Source: Marsupella aquatica (taxonomy: Eukaryota; Plantae; Marchantiophyta). From it: a stretch of DNA of 64,000 nucleotides. The notes under the pieces were generated by a model. That model was not told the DNA's origin and did not search any database. It was given only the letters and a program-made list of their open reading frames with translations. The DNA lies in contig OZ316893.1 in the NCBI GenBank assembly GCA_973895155.1, forward strand, positions 27,848,210-27,912,209, read 5' to 3'. Made by a program: the position numbers and the translations under genes. Of this stretch, positions 34,601 through 47,041 are shown piece after piece (the first letter of the stretch is position 1; every line of letters begins with the position of its first letter).

Positions 34601-37600
34601 TTCTAGTTTGTACTTACTGCATTGTAGACGACAATGTCAGGGATCAAACGGCCCTGATTCACCATGAGCAGATACTTGCCACTCTTATCTGGTCCTTTAC
34701 GAAGAGTCTGCATGAGTTCAGACAGCTCTTCCAGATGACCAGCTTGCCCCAATGTTACCGCAATGATGTGATAGGCAGGCATGTCTGGATAAGTGGCCAC
34801 ATCGTCCTGCCCAAACAATAACATTTAAAATCCGAAATCTGAATGTTTAGGGTGTTTCGGTGATGAAAACACCGACTTATACATTGAGTAATGCCTGTAT
34901 GCAAGATTCAAATGTATCGTGCTCCATGCAGACCTTAGGAAGTACAATCAACATTATGAGATGTAATGATAACCAAAAGTGCGATTGTGGCAGCAGCTTA
35001 AAGCCCCAACGAGTGAAGAATTACCCAAATGTCCTTAATGTATATGGTTAAGGACGGGAGCTGTCCCTTAATGGGATATAAAGGCGACTGTATATGGTCG
35101 GCCCGTGTATGCAAGGAGACCATATTCAGGAGACTTTTTATTCCATTTAGGGGACGGGCTCCTGTACTTAGCAAAATGATAAGTGTCGAGTGATACCCCC
35201 AAATATTAAGTGTCGCATGTGGATTGTGCGGGAGTAGTTGAGGACCTCATCAACTGGCAACCTAGTGTGGTTCTTGTTTTTTAGGAGGGTATTCTGGATG
35301 GTCCGGACTGCAAGTGATTTTTGACTGCATGCACCATTACCCCTTTTCTAGCATGTTGTCAGATGTTGCACCTCTGGACTTGGTTTGGGCTTTTATCTTG
35401 TTCAAGAGCTAGTTTTGGAGCCTGACATTCTGCTAGTCCACTCTAATGGTGTGCATGATTGAATTTCGGGAACAGAAAGTACAGAAATGCGGTTGTTTCC
35501 TTCTTTGAAAGTAAATCGTTCAAAATGCCGTTGGCAATAAGAGCTCTGTGACAATGAGAGTACGGATTTTCCCAGTGCTGAAGACTTCGAATAATTTGTG
35601 TGCGCTCAATGGCTAGCACTTTGTTAGGATTTCCTTCCTCTAAGTAGGAAATACTTTACAGAGTGAACTAGAGCTGCAGAACTGACGAGAATTCACGTGA
35701 GGAAACAAGGAAGATATCAAGGCTGGCTCTACTTCTTCAGTCAGGACAGTCGGTACCAAACCATCGACAGTGATAACCCTCAACAAGCGCCAATCCCAGA
35801 ACAAGTCATACTGATGTAAACACAGACGATTTCAAAATTACATACTCTCATGGCATTGAAGACGTTTAGAGATTCAATGGGTCGTCTAGCCTTTCCGAGA
35901 ACTGCAAGTAGTGTTGTATAAAGATACCTGCGAAATCAAAGCGGACTTTCAGTGCGCTTATGCTACTTGACTGCAACGTGATGGTAAATAGATAACAGGG
36001 CTCACCAAGTATTGCACTTTATCAAATAAAAACACGCATACCTGCTCCTGATTGCTGGGAACTGATTCCGGCTGCCCAACCATTCAACCACTTGTAAGGC
36101 ACATCTCCAGTTGCCGCGGTCGCCAAGTTTCTGCACCAGGATAATTGATCGCCCATCTGTAATCTTGAGTCCCCCGCTTCTTATGAACCTTGACAAGTGA
36201 ACACCATCGGGGCGCGCAACGGAGTCCAACCTATACACCCAAACGTCCCATCGTAATACACAGCAACTAGGTTACCTTCGCGAATTTAAGTATTTACTTC
36301 CTGGTAGATAGGAAGTGCGCTTACCGGCGGGATGCCCTGATAGTTATCAAAGTTTCTAGTGGGGCAGAATACAATCCTTGCAATTGAAACGCCTAACTCC
36401 ACAAGATAGTGAGATCGTGCAGTGCACGACTAATCTTTAACTAGTCTGATTGTCCGTTAAATGCATTATTTTACAAAAGAAACAATAAAAATTATCTAAG
36501 CAACTTAAGACAACAAAGGGGCAGAACTCCGCGACACATTCGTTAATGTCACTCTGTCCAGGTCGATTGTCTTCTTGTAAGATAGACATCTCGTTGGAAT
36601 ATGGAGAAGAATATCTCACTGTTTGGCAAGCCACTCGAGCTGTTTATCCTCATCCAAATCACTTCGCGGGAGTTCTTTCTTTACGGTAGCATCATCGTCT
36701 GCAATAGAAAGGTAAACATCTTCACCTTTCCTCTGCCCAATCATAATCCTCGGAACCTTCCTCGCGGAGACTTTCCCTCCCATTATTTCTTCGCTGTTGA
36801 ACTCCGATGACTGAGTACAGCTCTCAAATTCATTTCTCAACTCCCTGTCAAATGTATCGTTACCTCTAGTATCTCGGTTGTCCCCAAATTTCGAGACCTC
36901 TGTCTTTTTTTTATTTAGTCTAGTCAGTACAGTATATTTGTCGCCAACAGATGTAGCTGATCTGCTCCAACTCCGTGCTCCTATCTCCGACGACTGCGGT
37001 GTTTCATCAGAATCTTCCCTGTCAACAGAGCTCGTATTGCTAGCTCTGTCGATACTCAAATGCTGCACTGCTGCGCTTGTTTCTGTATTCAACCTCTGAA
37101 ATCTATCTCCACTACGTACGGATCCATCTGCAGCCTTCTTCATTTTGTCCTCAAATATTGCGTCGAATTGCCTCCATAACGACTCTGGCTGTTCTAAGTC
37201 TGCCTCCATCCTTGAAGAAGACGCCCCAACTTTGGTTTCGCGAACCCACATCTCACCTTGTTGACACCCTAAACCCTCACCAGTATGATTCTTTGCGCCC
37301 GAAAGCTTTTTTTTTCTCCAGGGCTTGTTCCAGTTCAAGAGTGGCCTCTCAAACTTAAGCATGGTAAGATTAGGCTTCACCAGAGGCCTTTGCGCTAGCT
37401 CCTCTGCACGACGTTTCGCCCGCCTCTCCTTTCTAATCTTTCTAAGCTTTTTCTGGGCCTCCTTTTTCCTAAATTGGTGTAGCTCTTTGGGACTCCAGTC
37501 TTCCACATGGCATCGGATCACTCTTGTATATAGACGGAGAGGCAGTGGAGTTACCTTCAATCTCATAAACGGAGACGATAGGCAAGGCTGCCCTCTGAAA

Positions 37601-37644
37601 CAGCTTGCAGATGACACAGCCAGGAACGCAGTGACGTGTGCCAT
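31640..37644 (-). CDS. P-class pentatricopeptide repeat protein, DG1/SOT5(EMB2279)-like, probably plastid-targeted; exons 37644-36620, 36230-36042, 35927-35846, 34806-34618, 34250-34134, 33987-33894, 33654-33497, 32875-32444, 32272-31640
   Basis: PPR motifs YTTLLAVLGKARRP, YPDMPAYHIIAVTLGQAG, PDIVVYNAALNAC, PNSASYGLVIEV, VYYALACTLCTCGKW and PNIGTYNIMISVYG closely recall Arabidopsis DG1. Ser/Arg-rich transit-peptide-like N-terminus. Exon junctions are GT-AG and phase-compatible where checked. Confidence 0.9.
35048..35171. repeat. 124-bp imperfect hairpin (MITE-like or pre-miRNA-like) in a PPR intron
   Basis: Left arm TTAAGGACGGGAGCTGTCCCTTAATGGGATATAAAG...TATGGTC pairs with right arm GACCATA...CTTTTTATTCCATTTAGGGGACGGGCTCCTGTACTTAG. 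Confidence 0.8.
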
Positions 37645-39160
37645 AGCTCGCAACCCTGCACAGACTATGACCAAATCACTTGTCTTCTCGAAAACTCACC
37701 TAAGTCTCTGCGAGAATTCCAGGCACCAGACTCTCGCTCCCGATTTCCCCGACGTCTGGTATACATTGCTACGACGGCCAGATTCACATTGAGACTGTGG
37801 GCAGTTGTCTCTAATCTGGGCCCAAGCTGAGCCTCCAAGCGCGAGGCTCACTCAAAACTATACCTCAAGAGGAGTGCTTGTTGCCTACCCTGGAGGCAAC
37901 ACGAGAGAGCATTAATTGCACCTCTTCTTCATGAGATTAGTATTGGTAGTTGGGAGCCAAACATTGGCCTCAAGATGAACATTGGCCTCAAGATGAAGGA
38001 CCGAAGACAACTAAAGGTTATCCGGGATTTGGAAACACGAGGTCAGGGCATTGGATTTTCCATGTTTTCTGAAAAGATCCTGTGCTTGCAAGAAAGAGCG
38101 CAATCGTCTCTCCTCTCCATTGCCGAATTCACAATTCAAGCCATGCGTTTGTGTAACTAGTGGTAAAACCCATTGGCCAAATTCACAAGTCAAGTCAAAG
38201 AATTAAGACCCAATATAAACCAATAGTATGAAGCCATGTTGTTCTATGCCCATGAGTTGCACAAAATATGTCAAGGCTAGAAAAAAATGTTGAGGACAGA
38301 AAAGTATTTTGAAGTGAGAAAATTAGTTTAAGTATCTCTTGGTTATGTAAGCTTGTTTTATTGAATTATTTGTATCCATGAAGATTTGCACATTGGCTTA
38401 GAGATTAAATGAAGGATTCTAAATGAAGTGAATTTTAAAAGTAGTTAGGACAATTTCATTGACGAAAGTAGTACATTCATGGTAATTAGGGTAATTTTCC
38501 ATGCAAAACTTTTTCCTTATTACCTCTATGTCTATATAATACATGTAACATTCCATATAGTTCAAGTAAAATATTTTTTTGTCCACAATAGTTGAAAAGT
38601 CTTAAAATCCCTTGGTATTACTCTACCCATAGTAGTTATGGTATTTCTTACCTTCCTTGTTACTCCTCTATCAATGGTTTCCAAAGGGTATTTTAGTTAC
38701 CTTGATAAATGTTAGAGAAGCTGAAAAGTTTCTTGGATTCACTTTGTTCCCTTGGTAAATGTTAGAGTAATTGATTAATTTATTTATACTTGTCATTTAC
38801 GGACCCCACTAGAGGTCCCTTCCAAAATTCGAGACTCCACAGCGCGCCATGTCATCAAGATGCGCCGCAAATAGGTACGGATTGGTTTACAAAATAAAAT
38901 TGCTTCAACATTCGTGTCTGTGGCATGATTTTGGTAAAATAGAGGACGTCATGCCGTAAACCATGATGTAAATTTTTTTTAAAAATAACCGTTTTATTTA
39001 CCCTAGGTAATAGACTGTTCAATTAGTAGGAGGCCCACCTTCAATTTTTTTTACCCTGAGTAACTGCTGCCCACCCGCATTCTGAATTGTATTTCAATTG
39101 AATAATAACTAAATCTCTCTCGGAAAAATGATCTGATGACAAAATAATCGTGACAATTTT

Positions 39161-39505
39161 TGTTAGATATTGTTCTAGTCTTGTGACTCATGAGCTAACC
39201 ACAGTTAGTCTTACTCGGGTTAGGACTTAGCTAATGTTAGCGGTAGTGCTGTTGTGCATATAGCCAAGGCTGATGCCAGACCCTGGTGGAACTTAGGGGT
39301 CATTGTTACGGAGCTAGTTGAGAGATAGGGAGAGCTTGTGCTGTGGATGCTTGGTATGGCCGGTCGGCCTAGAGTGCAGTAAAGCTCTTGTATGTTCCCG
39401 TGGACGTAGCCTCATGTGGAGGTGAACCACGTATCTCTGTGTGTCGACTATTTTGCATTGGATGGTTCATGGGCTTGCCGTTGCGAATGTCATCTATGCT
39501 CAACA
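39161..39505 (+). mobile_element. Solo LTR, 345 bp, with 5-bp TSD ATTTT
   Basis: TGTTAGATAT...GCTCAACA, with ATTTT at 39156-39160 and 39506-39510. Confidence 0.93.
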
Positions 39506-39709
39506 ATTTTCTCGACCTTTTGTTGCCACGAAGGAAGAAGTGGACATGATTCTATGTTGGATCACTCAACACTCCTTTCCATGGCGTCATCATTGCAGTT
39601 CCTAACTCGGTGATGCCTCTCACTACTGTCCAATTGTCCAATGCTTGAGGCACGAGCGAACAAAAGAGAAGCAAGCTTAGCAGGGTTCAATAAGGGCCTC
39701 GTCTACGTA

Positions 39710-39841
39710 CAGATGGTGTTGAAGAGCTGCCTAGGCATGAAAGAAGGACATAGTTATAAGAAGTGTCAGCAGATGATCAAGGGAGTCAATGCGGACGTTA
39801 ATGGGAAGGTGGACTTTCAAGAGTTCAAGGAGTTGATGTAG
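39710..39841 (+). pseudogene. Calmodulin-like (CML) gene fragment, last EF-hand only
   Basis: VLKSCLGMKEG...CQQMIKGVNADVNGKVDFQEFKELM resembles the plant CML C-terminus (LG.K.G....C..MI..VD.DG.G.V.F.EFK.MM). EF-loop position 1 is N rather than D, and the upstream EF-hands are missing. Confidence 0.75.
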
Positions 39842-42800
39842 TTTGAAGCCTTCTGTTAATAGGGGGTCCACGAACTAATTCAAAATGTGTAGATTAAATA
39901 GAAAATTGAACAGATTACCAGAAACCACTGATATATCAATCCCAACTCATCCAAAGATTATTTTCGTTGACCACTATTTTGCTCTTTTCTTTGTTTACTT
40001 GCAATGTTAATTAATAAGTCACCAATTTGAAAATACCCTTCTTTCTTATAAAACCCAAATTTGTATAAAATTGTGGGTTGGTTTGTTCTAATTGAATTAT
40101 AATTAATAGCCACGATAAAAAAAAATACCCTTCAAGCTAATTCAAACATGTTTCCAAGATTACCTAAGCTAAGGGCCCAGGGGTTGTAGGAGCTGAGGAG
40201 TAAACTTCAGACTAATTGTAGCCAACAATCTTGTAGCTTCAACCAAGTCGTAGACAATCATTGATTGACCTTTCAATCAGCCAGTTTGGAGGTTCCACAT
40301 CCGACATATGGACCAACAGGACATGAAGAAAACAACTCAAACTAATGAACTATGGTCCATATGTTCTGAATAACCAAAATAGGTACATGAAAATGATTAC
40401 ATAGTACCCTACACTTCTTGCTGACAAGTAACTGATCCTGACTCCAAGCCGCAGGTGAAAGGGTCTGTGATTCAACAGATTGACATCAGCTTGAGTCTTC
40501 TCCAACTCAGGCCCGCTCCAACCTTGCAGAGATTTCCAATCAAACCTACAGCTACGTCCACACAACCCGGAACCAACACAAATGTCCCTTTACCATGGCA
40601 AGCCTCAAGCTAAAGCTGCTCAGTAATCAGACCGTCAGGGAATTGCAAGTGAAGAAGACGTCTCCACCATCCAACTCCACAGCACCAACTGGAGCACAAA
40701 GTCCTCAAAGCCATAGGAACCGTTTTGTTGCGCAAGCTCACAGTACCAACAGAATACCCAAAAAAGGTGGGAAAAAAGCATGAACAAGAGGCATTTATTG
40801 TCACATATTTATGACTGATGTGTGAGGGTGCCTCTAATTGTGGTCAAGCCTGTCATATCTGGTCTGGTCACGGAATGGGAGTTTTGTACTAGTGACTTAG
40901 TTGATAGATCACATTCAGACAAGAGTCACAAAGGCAAAGCAGAGAGCACTGGACCATTGTACGTGAAGAAGTATTGCCAATGCAGAGATCAATGGATTGC
41001 AGGACCTAGGAGGATACATGAGTGAGCCAAGTGCTTCGATATGCTCCAAGAATAATGATTGTCAATTTGAATAGCAAGGTTGAACCAACCAAGATGTTGC
41101 CCGCTTGTGGAGGCTAGAACTAACATGTTGGGCTCCAATTTTAGCGGGCCTAAAAGATAGAATGGAGAATGAAATTTGATAGCGGGATACAATGGAGAAT
41201 GAAATTTGGATGTTTCATTGAAGGAACTAGATATTGGTTACATGCTTTAGTGATGAACCTAGCCACCCAACGTCCTCAACAAACCTAGTACCTTTACCAA
41301 GTACTCTTTGTACCCGAATGCCCACACGAAACTCCACGAGCAAGCACCTCAATGCCCCTATCACCACCAGCAACAACTCTCATATGAAGCCACACTTGGT
41401 CTTTGGTACGACCGTCGCTCAATACCCTCTACTGTCTATGGAAGCAATCAACCCTATGTGATACGCCTTGATCTTGGATCCCAAGACCATTATCTTGCCT
41501 CAAGCTCAACAATTGCTAATAAGTAGGTCAGCGGATAGAGCCTCCTAGGCCCGCTTGGCCTTGCCATAAGCTGAAACCAAGGTCGGCACCCACTGTTTGT
41601 CTAGAATAGCCTTTATATTAGGTGTCGCCAAAGTTTTCCCACTTTCTATACGTCACTAGCTGGTTGCACTGCCTCCAGGCCATGTCCATGGCTCAAATAG
41701 CTAACTTGTTCCAAGTGCTAGGACCAGCTCGGCCCCAACACTTGTCTAGGGATCCAACTCAACTGGGAGTCTGAGGGCATGATGCACTTGGACCTCAACA
41801 ACCATGCCTACTATGCATGTCTCCCAAATGCAAGCTCCCGTGGAAATTGAACGCAACTTGGCTGCCTGCTTGGCTGCTATTTCAACATGATTGGCAACTG
41901 GGCAAGATAGCCCTTGCAAACATGAGGACAGAAAGCACCCCTAGATCCAATCGAGATAAGGAGGAGGTAGTACTCCTTGAGAGCTTTCCAATGATCCAAG
42001 AAGTCTTCCAGCTAATTTCCCGTTGAGGAGATATCATCGTTTCCGTTGGACGTTTCTCCTTAGTAATGCGACCTCCACACTTCACGACTTGAGCTCGCCC
42101 CTTGGCCCAGTGGGAGACACTATTCCCCTCATATATGCTTCTGGAAGCCTGTCACCCCTGGACCAGCTTTGGTATCCTATTTTTGGCCCCCCACTACGAC
42201 TCCAACCAAGTCAATTGGACACAAAACCCAACACGAAACCAACTTGCTAGGCCCATAACTTTCTAATTAGATGTACGTAGGTGAAGTGCCTTAGTACGTT
42301 GTGATTGGGCCGATGTGGAGCTCGTGCCCAAACCCTCAAAGTTTGTCACCCGTTAGGAGTCTTGGGTGGCCCCACTCGAGCGATGCCCGTTCCTAGGCAT
42401 TAAGAGTTTGTTCCGCATGCACTGAACTTCTATGCACTTGGACCAAAGAGGAGCCCTCACTCAAGCCCTTAGAATTCAAAATCTGTCTGGGGATCCAAAT
42501 GCTCCACTTCAAACCCAGTCCACCTACTCACCCGACCAGTCCTTAACATTAGTCTAGGGCCCTTGTACTCGCTTAGTGTCTTGTCTTTGCTAGAGCAACA
42601 CTCACTTTTGGCAAGTTTGTGCTATTGCTCTCTCCATAGTCTTGCTGGCAAGTTTGTGCTGCTACTCTTCTCTAGGGAATCTCGCCAAACAAGCTGGACT
42701 CCACCCGGGAGCCCTTGCTCGACATATGGATGACCATGGTAACACTTAATATGGGGTGTGGTAGCACCAAGCGAGTAGTGGGCCCCACCTCAAGGTGCTC

Positions 42801-43331
42801 CAAGATTTTTTTTACTTGGTCGGAAAGTAATTCGCCATGCACCCAAATAGCCATTGGTGTAGTAACTGGTTGGGGTGCATTCAAAATTTCCAAAACCCTA
42901 AACCTAGTCACGAGCTCTCCCGATACACATTCAAGCTCGAACTGCCCTAATCCCCGACGACGGTGCCATCTCTGCAGTTGAGAGTACCCAGAGCAAACCT
43001 GGAGTAAAGTTCTCAACGGAGTTTTTGGATCTCTTGTCCGAGCTGCAGGAGTATTGTATCTTTGTCTGTGTAGTAATCTGCAGAGCAAGTCTTCGAACCT
43101 TGCCAAATCTCGTCCATGCGGATCCATAATCCTTTTCTCGGGACTTTCGTGCAAAAGTACGATTTCAAGCCGTGGCACAGGCTGGACGGAGTTCCACCTG
43201 CCATGCCTTCAAAGCCAGTGGGCGCCGGGAGCTGACTTTCATCTGGAGACTTGTATGTCTTTTGCAAATGAGCTTTTCTCACAGGCTGAGAGCGGAGATT
43301 TACTTGAGTTGCGAGGAGTTGTCCTGGCACG

Positions 43332-43892
43332 ATGACTCAGAAATCTGGGCTCTTCAAAGGTCAGCAGAAGAGAACTGCTGTGGCGAATCGTCACGGTAAG
43401 GCTCCTCATATCCGTAAAGGGAAGCAGTTCAAGCCGCCGATCAAGAAGACGGAGGAATTTGAAGTAGACAAGGTCAGAATTGTTGTATTGACATCTTTTG
43501 GCCCATGGGCCGCAAATGAATGGGATTTGTTCTGATTTTCCAGCAAGTCATCATGCTTGAGCTTTAAACTAGGGTTTAGTGGCTGTTGGAGCAAACTTTT
43601 GGCTTTCTGTGATAAATGATTCGCATCCGCTGTGGTTTGTCATCTCACGCGTCTGGGCTGTTTACAGAAATGAAGAAACGAGTTGAATGGGCAGAGTTTG
43701 GCTTTGTTTTGAAATTGACCCTAAACCTTGAGGTCTCTGCAGGAAGTAAGCAAGTTCATCGATGCAGCGAATGAGCGGAAGGCCGCTACACTTGCAAGTA
43801 AAGAGGGTGCCAAGTTGAGAGTGGTGCCGGGAGTCACGGTAGATGCCACAAAAGTATCTCGCAAAAAGTCGGTTTTGACTAAAAAAACGTAG
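43332..43892 (+). CDS. Small basic UPF0390 / Leydig-cell-tumour 10 kDa (C19orf53)-like protein; exons 43332-43472 and 43743-43892 (96 aa)
   Basis: MTQKSGLFKGQQKR...NRHGKAPHIRKGK...DK|EVSKFIDAANERKAATLASKEGAKLRVV, joined in frame by a phase-0 GT-AG intron. Family assigned from recalled motifs. Confidence 0.8.
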
Positions 43893-45419
43893 GAAGTTAG
43901 TACTCTTTATATGGTGTCCAGCACTGCTCACCTGATGTCCCGAGAGCAAATCAGTTCCTTTAACAACCTCTAGTGTTGTGTAAAGGAACACTTTATCAGC
44001 TACCTCAATGGACGCAAGAGACATGGATGTATAATTATCAAAAAAAAATCTTCTCTGTTGGAGACTCGATTAGGGATGTTTCGATCGGATAACAAGAGGT
44101 CTTAGATCTGGATTTAGTACTTTGCCTGGCATTGTGAAAGAGGCTTGGTCACTTGTTCCTCTGAGGCGATCGCTCTATTTACATTGCCAGCATCTCAAAT
44201 TTCCTGTTTGCCCAAATTGTAATTGCTCAGTCTCCACTATTCTCAGCTCAATCCATGCAGTTTCTGGGTGTGGCTGTATTGATTGTGATGTCAAAGTCGT
44301 CAAGAAGTTTTGCAGTAAATTCAACAAAGAGACTAAACCTGAAGGAACAATGCACTGAAGTCTCGTGAGGATAATCGGCAGATTTGAAATTGGCAGCCTC
44401 TTATTTCAAATTACGCCTTCCGCTACTCCTGAGGCGAAATTGGCAGCCGCATGTTTCAATTGCACCTTCCATTACTCCTGGGGCATATTGTTGATCGAGT
44501 TTACGGAAAGTACATTAGGTAAGTTGTCAGCAGCAGTTCTCATCCTCCCGCCATTCCTGGACATTGCTGGTTAGATTTTACGGAAAGCATAGTAGGGAAC
44601 TTTGAGGACTATCTGACACGGGCACCGGCAGTTCTCACCCTGGGCGCTGTTAAGGAATTGGCAGCTAGGGAAGACGATTTTGGGCTCTGGATGACTCTAG
44701 TGCAACCCCCGCTCGTTATTCTTGTCAGAGTGCTACTGAATGTTGTTTCCGTAGTCTTTTTAGAATCACTTCATAAGTCATACATTTTCCCAGTCACATT
44801 AGAAGGTCACCATGCCATCTTTCACGTGAAAACTGCACATTCTTGGGTACTTCGGTGAACGAATACCTACGATAATCAGACGTCCCTACTCCAACCATTG
44901 AAGCTTCCAGCGACAAATGTTTAAGTTCGTTGTCTTAGTTCGGTTCAAACCAGACGTTCGATTCGGAGCCATCCTTCCTGACCTTTGTAAGCATTCCCGT
45001 ACAACATGCGAGGCTTCTTGAGAACAGGCTTTCTCGGCCAACGATATAGCCAACAATAGCAATTTAAATTGATGCCTATGCCTGTGCCATCTACCATCTA
45101 TTCCCGGATTTGCAGACGTGTCCCTGCCCACAGTAGCACAAGCACGTCCTGCAATTTAAATTGCCATTCTTGGTGCGGTCCTATCCTCAACTGACGTAGT
45201 GTCCCCTTAGCAAAGTAGACTCCTCGTTAGGTTTCTGCGTTTTCTGAGGTACTTGAAGAAGAAACACAACTTTGGACAACGAGAGGTGGATTATAAATGG
45301 TCTGCTCACGCTTGGGAGGCTAAATCGGTGACTTTTGTGAAGGTGATCATGGGACTAATGAGATAAATTGGTAAAGCAACAACTTGTCTATTTCACGGGC
45401 TTTCCGATGGTTGGGTGGA

Positions 45420-45613
45420 GTGAAGCCCGTACAGCTTGCAATCTATTTGTTACTTGAGCTAGAGAAGCGAATGAGACGTGAAGCCCGTACAGCTTGCAAT
45501 CTATTTGTTACTTGAGCTAGAGAAGAGAATGATTGCAATCTATTTGTTACTTGAGCTAGAGAAGAGAATGATTGCAATCTATTTGTTACTTGAGCTAGAG
45601 AAGAGAATGAGAC
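45420..45613 (+). repeat. Near-perfect tandem repeat, four copies of a core of about 39 bp
   Basis: TTGCAATCTATTTGTTACTTGAGCTAGAGAAGAGAATGA x4; the first two copies are each preceded by GTGAAGCCCGTACAGC. Confidence 0.92.
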
Positions 45614-47041
45614 TGAAACACTTCCTTGAACGTGTACGATGAGTGTAATGAGCCATATCTGACCTTAATCAAAGAGCAGCAAACACATTGGTACCAGCAG
45701 GTCTTTATGCAAGTAATCCATCTGAGACAGTGTACTTGTATACTATAGTAACATTGAAAGATATGTGCAGGTCTGTCTTGAGTAATAATTGTGAGTGGGC
45801 CGCTATGGTCATATAAATGGAAATCTTGCAGTGAACCATGCATGCAACTCCAAGAGTATGCAATACCTAGAAGACAACTACTGTACCAAGTAAATAAAAT
45901 ATTTTTAGTTGTGCTGATGACAAATTCACAAACGAAAGTACATAGTTTGTCCATCGTAGGTTGATCAACCAAACCACAAGAAAAGATACTATTCCCATTG
46001 GTGAAACCAAAGTTGTTACCTAATATTTAGCTACACATGAGTAAAGTGTGTTGCTTGTTGACCATTCAAGCACTAAAGGGTGTTTTTTGGGGTATGAAGT
46101 TTGCCTGGCTATGTGTTGGGATGTACAATTCTTTCGACAAAGCAGTACTGGAAACAAGATTTTCATGACATTTTATTTTTTTTGCAAGCGGGATAGGCCA
46201 GGATGACCTAACAATAAGTGTGTTTTAGATTCTGAAAGATGCATTAGGGGTTGCAACTATACAAAGTCTCAACTACTGTAACTAGTTGTATGATACAAAA
46301 ACTCTTGTGCTCCCACATGGTTTTGGAGGACATACATCATTCAAGTCTTCTGTGTCAACAATGTGTCGTATCAACAAAAGGTCAGTAAGTGTGTGTGTGC
46401 AAAACAATTGGTCAATTGGTCGGATTGTCGGAAGCGATGTCAACTAATGGGAGTTTTGAAACGCTTATTCTCTGACGTGGTCAAGGGTATCTTCCCGTCA
46501 CTCCTTTCCAATGCTTGCAGTCTGCACTGAACAACCCTGGAGAATAAGTTTCTCCATTTGAATGAGTATCCAACACTGCGCAAAAACAAAAAGCTCCATA
46601 CCGGGAGACACGATCCCAAAGGCAAGAAACACAATAAAGGGGGGAAAACGAAGGGAAAAATACGGGAAAACCAAAGAGCCCAATGAGTGCGAAAATGTGC
46701 AGTCAGTTGTTGCAACGTCGCTGATCCGGAAAACATTATTATTGTAGCAGTGTTCTGTAGGGCCGCCAGCGAATACCGGCAACGATCCAGCATACCTCAT
46801 GAGGAGTTCGTCACGAAATCGTTCATTGGTGCCAACTTATTCCTACCGTAGTGCCAGGGACCATTTCACGAAAATCGTTCATTGGTGCAACCCACAACGC
46901 TATCGTTGTTCCACCTTAGTTGGTACAGACCTTGGGTTTTCTGCAGGCAAATAATTGTCAGCGCGGCTTGTTCTTTTCCAGATTATCGTTTCAGCAGAGC
47001 AAAATCTTCGTGCGTCGGTGGTTACAAACGTGGGCCTCCAG

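Larger units (their letters stand above)
38796..39875. mobile_element. Candidate non-autonomous TIR DNA transposon containing a solo LTR and a captured gene fragment
   Basis: Left end TTTACGGACCCCACTA, imperfect inverted right end TAGGGGGTCCACGAA. The left 165 bp or so recur inverted at 59277-59443. Confidence 0.45.

Noticed and set aside
37645-37674. ORF-track start of the PPR first exon (MVIVCAGLRA)
   Set aside because: It begins at TTG. The first in-frame ATG is at 37644 and gives a transit-peptide-like N-terminus.
40200-42670. Possible decayed transposon coding region
   Set aside because: The composition suggests an old TE, but I could not read any RT, integrase or transposase motif, so no call is made.
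42672-43330. 168-aa and 105-aa minus-strand ORFs upstream of the UPF0390-like gene
   Set aside because: Both start at non-ATG codons as listed, show no recognisable motif or consistent splice model, and run into degenerate repeat-like DNA.
45420-45613. CRISPR-like appearance of four 39-bp repeats
   Set aside because: There are no unique spacers (units abut or share the same linker), no cas genes, and the context is eukaryotic. It is an ordinary tandem repeat.
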